Positions 34,828 to 35,466 of a stretch of 35,466 nt of DNA are shown in pieces. The notes beneath the pieces are model-generated. The model was not told where the DNA came from, made no database searches, and saw nothing but the letters and a program-made list of their open reading frames with translations. The DNA comes from an uncultured Iamiaceae bacterium. Its GTDB lineage: Bacteria > Actinomycetota > Acidimicrobiia > Acidimicrobiales > Iamiaceae. The stretch's first letter is position 1. Each line of letters begins with the position of its first letter. The position numbers were made by a program, and so were the translations under genes. The DNA is taken from positions 1 to 35,466 of the forward strand of contig CAZVFF010000001.1 of assembly GCA_964626395.1 (NCBI GenBank), read 5' to 3'.

Positions 34828-35466
34828 ATGTCCAAAGTCCACGACCTTCTCGATCACGTCCGGCGCGAGATCGCACCGAGCGACGAAACGCTCAGCGCGG
34901 CCCGACAACACAGAGATACCGTCTTGTCTTCGGCACTGTCTTTCGACGGGGCTCTACGCGCCTATCGCTCCGGATCGATCGCGCACGGAACCGCCAACGA
35001 CGACACCGACGCCGACTGCGGAGTCGTGCTGGATCGGCGCAGCTGGTGTTCACTCGGGCCAGATGGCGACGGCGAGGGCCCCGCCGACGTGGTCGAGCAG
35101 GTGCGCTCGAAGGTCCGCGCTGATCTGAACGCAGCCGGCTGGAACGTGGGAACGCGACTGAGCAAGCGCGCGATCACCGTGACGTTCCCTGATGGGCCGA
35201 GTGTGGACCTCATCGTCGGGCTGACCCGCAAGGAGGAATCGGGCATCTGGATCCCGAATCTTGCTGCACGCCGGTGGGATGCGTCTGATCCCGAATGTCA
35301 CACCGAATTGCTCACAGCCGATCCCAAACCATTGCGGGTCACACGGGCGCGCACGATTCGGCTCGCGAAGGCATGGAACAAGCAGTGGACCGAGCCCGGG
35401 ATGTGCAGCTTCAATATCGAAGCATTGGCGCTCGCGGCAGTGGAACCCGGAATGGGAGTGCCGAAC
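34828..35466 (+). CDS. SMODS/CD-NTase-like minimal nucleotidyltransferase, 3' end cut by window edge
   Basis: Absent from the ORF track (no stop in the window). ATG 34828 has GGAGGA 8 nt upstream. Pol-beta NTase triad: YRSGSIAHGT (G49-S50), DTDADCGVVL (D61, D63), SVDLIVG (D127). Then IWIPN...RRWDASDPECH, as in SMODS-type enzymes. Confidence 0.7.
   Translation, partial: MSKVHDLLDHVRREIAPSDETLSAARQHRDTVLSSALSFDGALRAYRSGSIAHGTANDDTDADCGVVLDRRSWCSLGPDGDGEGPADVVEQVRSKVRADLNAAGWNVGTRLSKRAITVTFPDGPSVDLIVGLTRKEESGIWIPNLAARRWDASDPECHTELLTADPKPLRVTRARTIRLAKAWNKQWTEPGMCSFNIEALALAAVEPGMGVPN

Noticed and set aside
1-35466. Search for tRNA, rRNA, CRISPR arrays, IS elements, integrases and att-like flanking repeats
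   Set aside because: I found no T-loop/acceptor-like tRNA structure, no regularly spaced repeats, and no transposase or integrase motifs in any frame. The absence is stated, not proven; tRNAscan-SE, CRISPRCasFinder and ISfinder would settle it.

Overview
High-GC window with actinobacterial-type codon bias (GC3-rich frames, many Arg/Pro-rich shadow ORFs). There are two parts. (1) 1-15650 is very GC-rich and looks like ordinary chromosome. It holds a truncated GDT1/UPF0016 transporter, a canonical Zn-ribbon sirtuin, an acyl-CoA-dehydrogenase-like gene, a lipoprotein and a 1267-aa secreted protein (PEGA-like x4, FN3, beta-helix). These are followed by an ABC-2 exporter pair, a lipid-anchored GH33 sialidase, an MBL hydrolase, an ankyrin membrane protein, an APH-like/P-loop kinase fusion and a DinB/TIGR03086 protein. 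(2) From about 15.7 kb to the window end, GC is visibly lower and patchy by eye. This part is packed with conflict modules: DUF433/DUF5615 and VapBC toxin-antitoxin pairs, a NERD+SF1 helicase, McrBC with a ~650-aa unassigned McrB N-terminus, and a GmrSD-type DUF262/DUF1524 enzyme with a RAMA-like tail. It also holds an AAA_21+RloB (AbiL-like) pair, an excisionase-type HTH gene, a truncated SMODS/CD-NTase-like nucleotidyltransferase at the right edge, and several small, decayed or remnant ORFs. The most unusual element is a single 707-aa ORF (24187-26310) fusing a Macro/SLOG-like domain, a defence-type SIR2 domain and a VRR-NUC nuclease. No known partner gene (TIR, HerA, pAgo) is in the window. 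I consider it the best candidate for an undescribed immune effector. I saw no rRNA, tRNA, CRISPR array, integrase or transposase. All domain calls come from motif reading by eye, not database searches.
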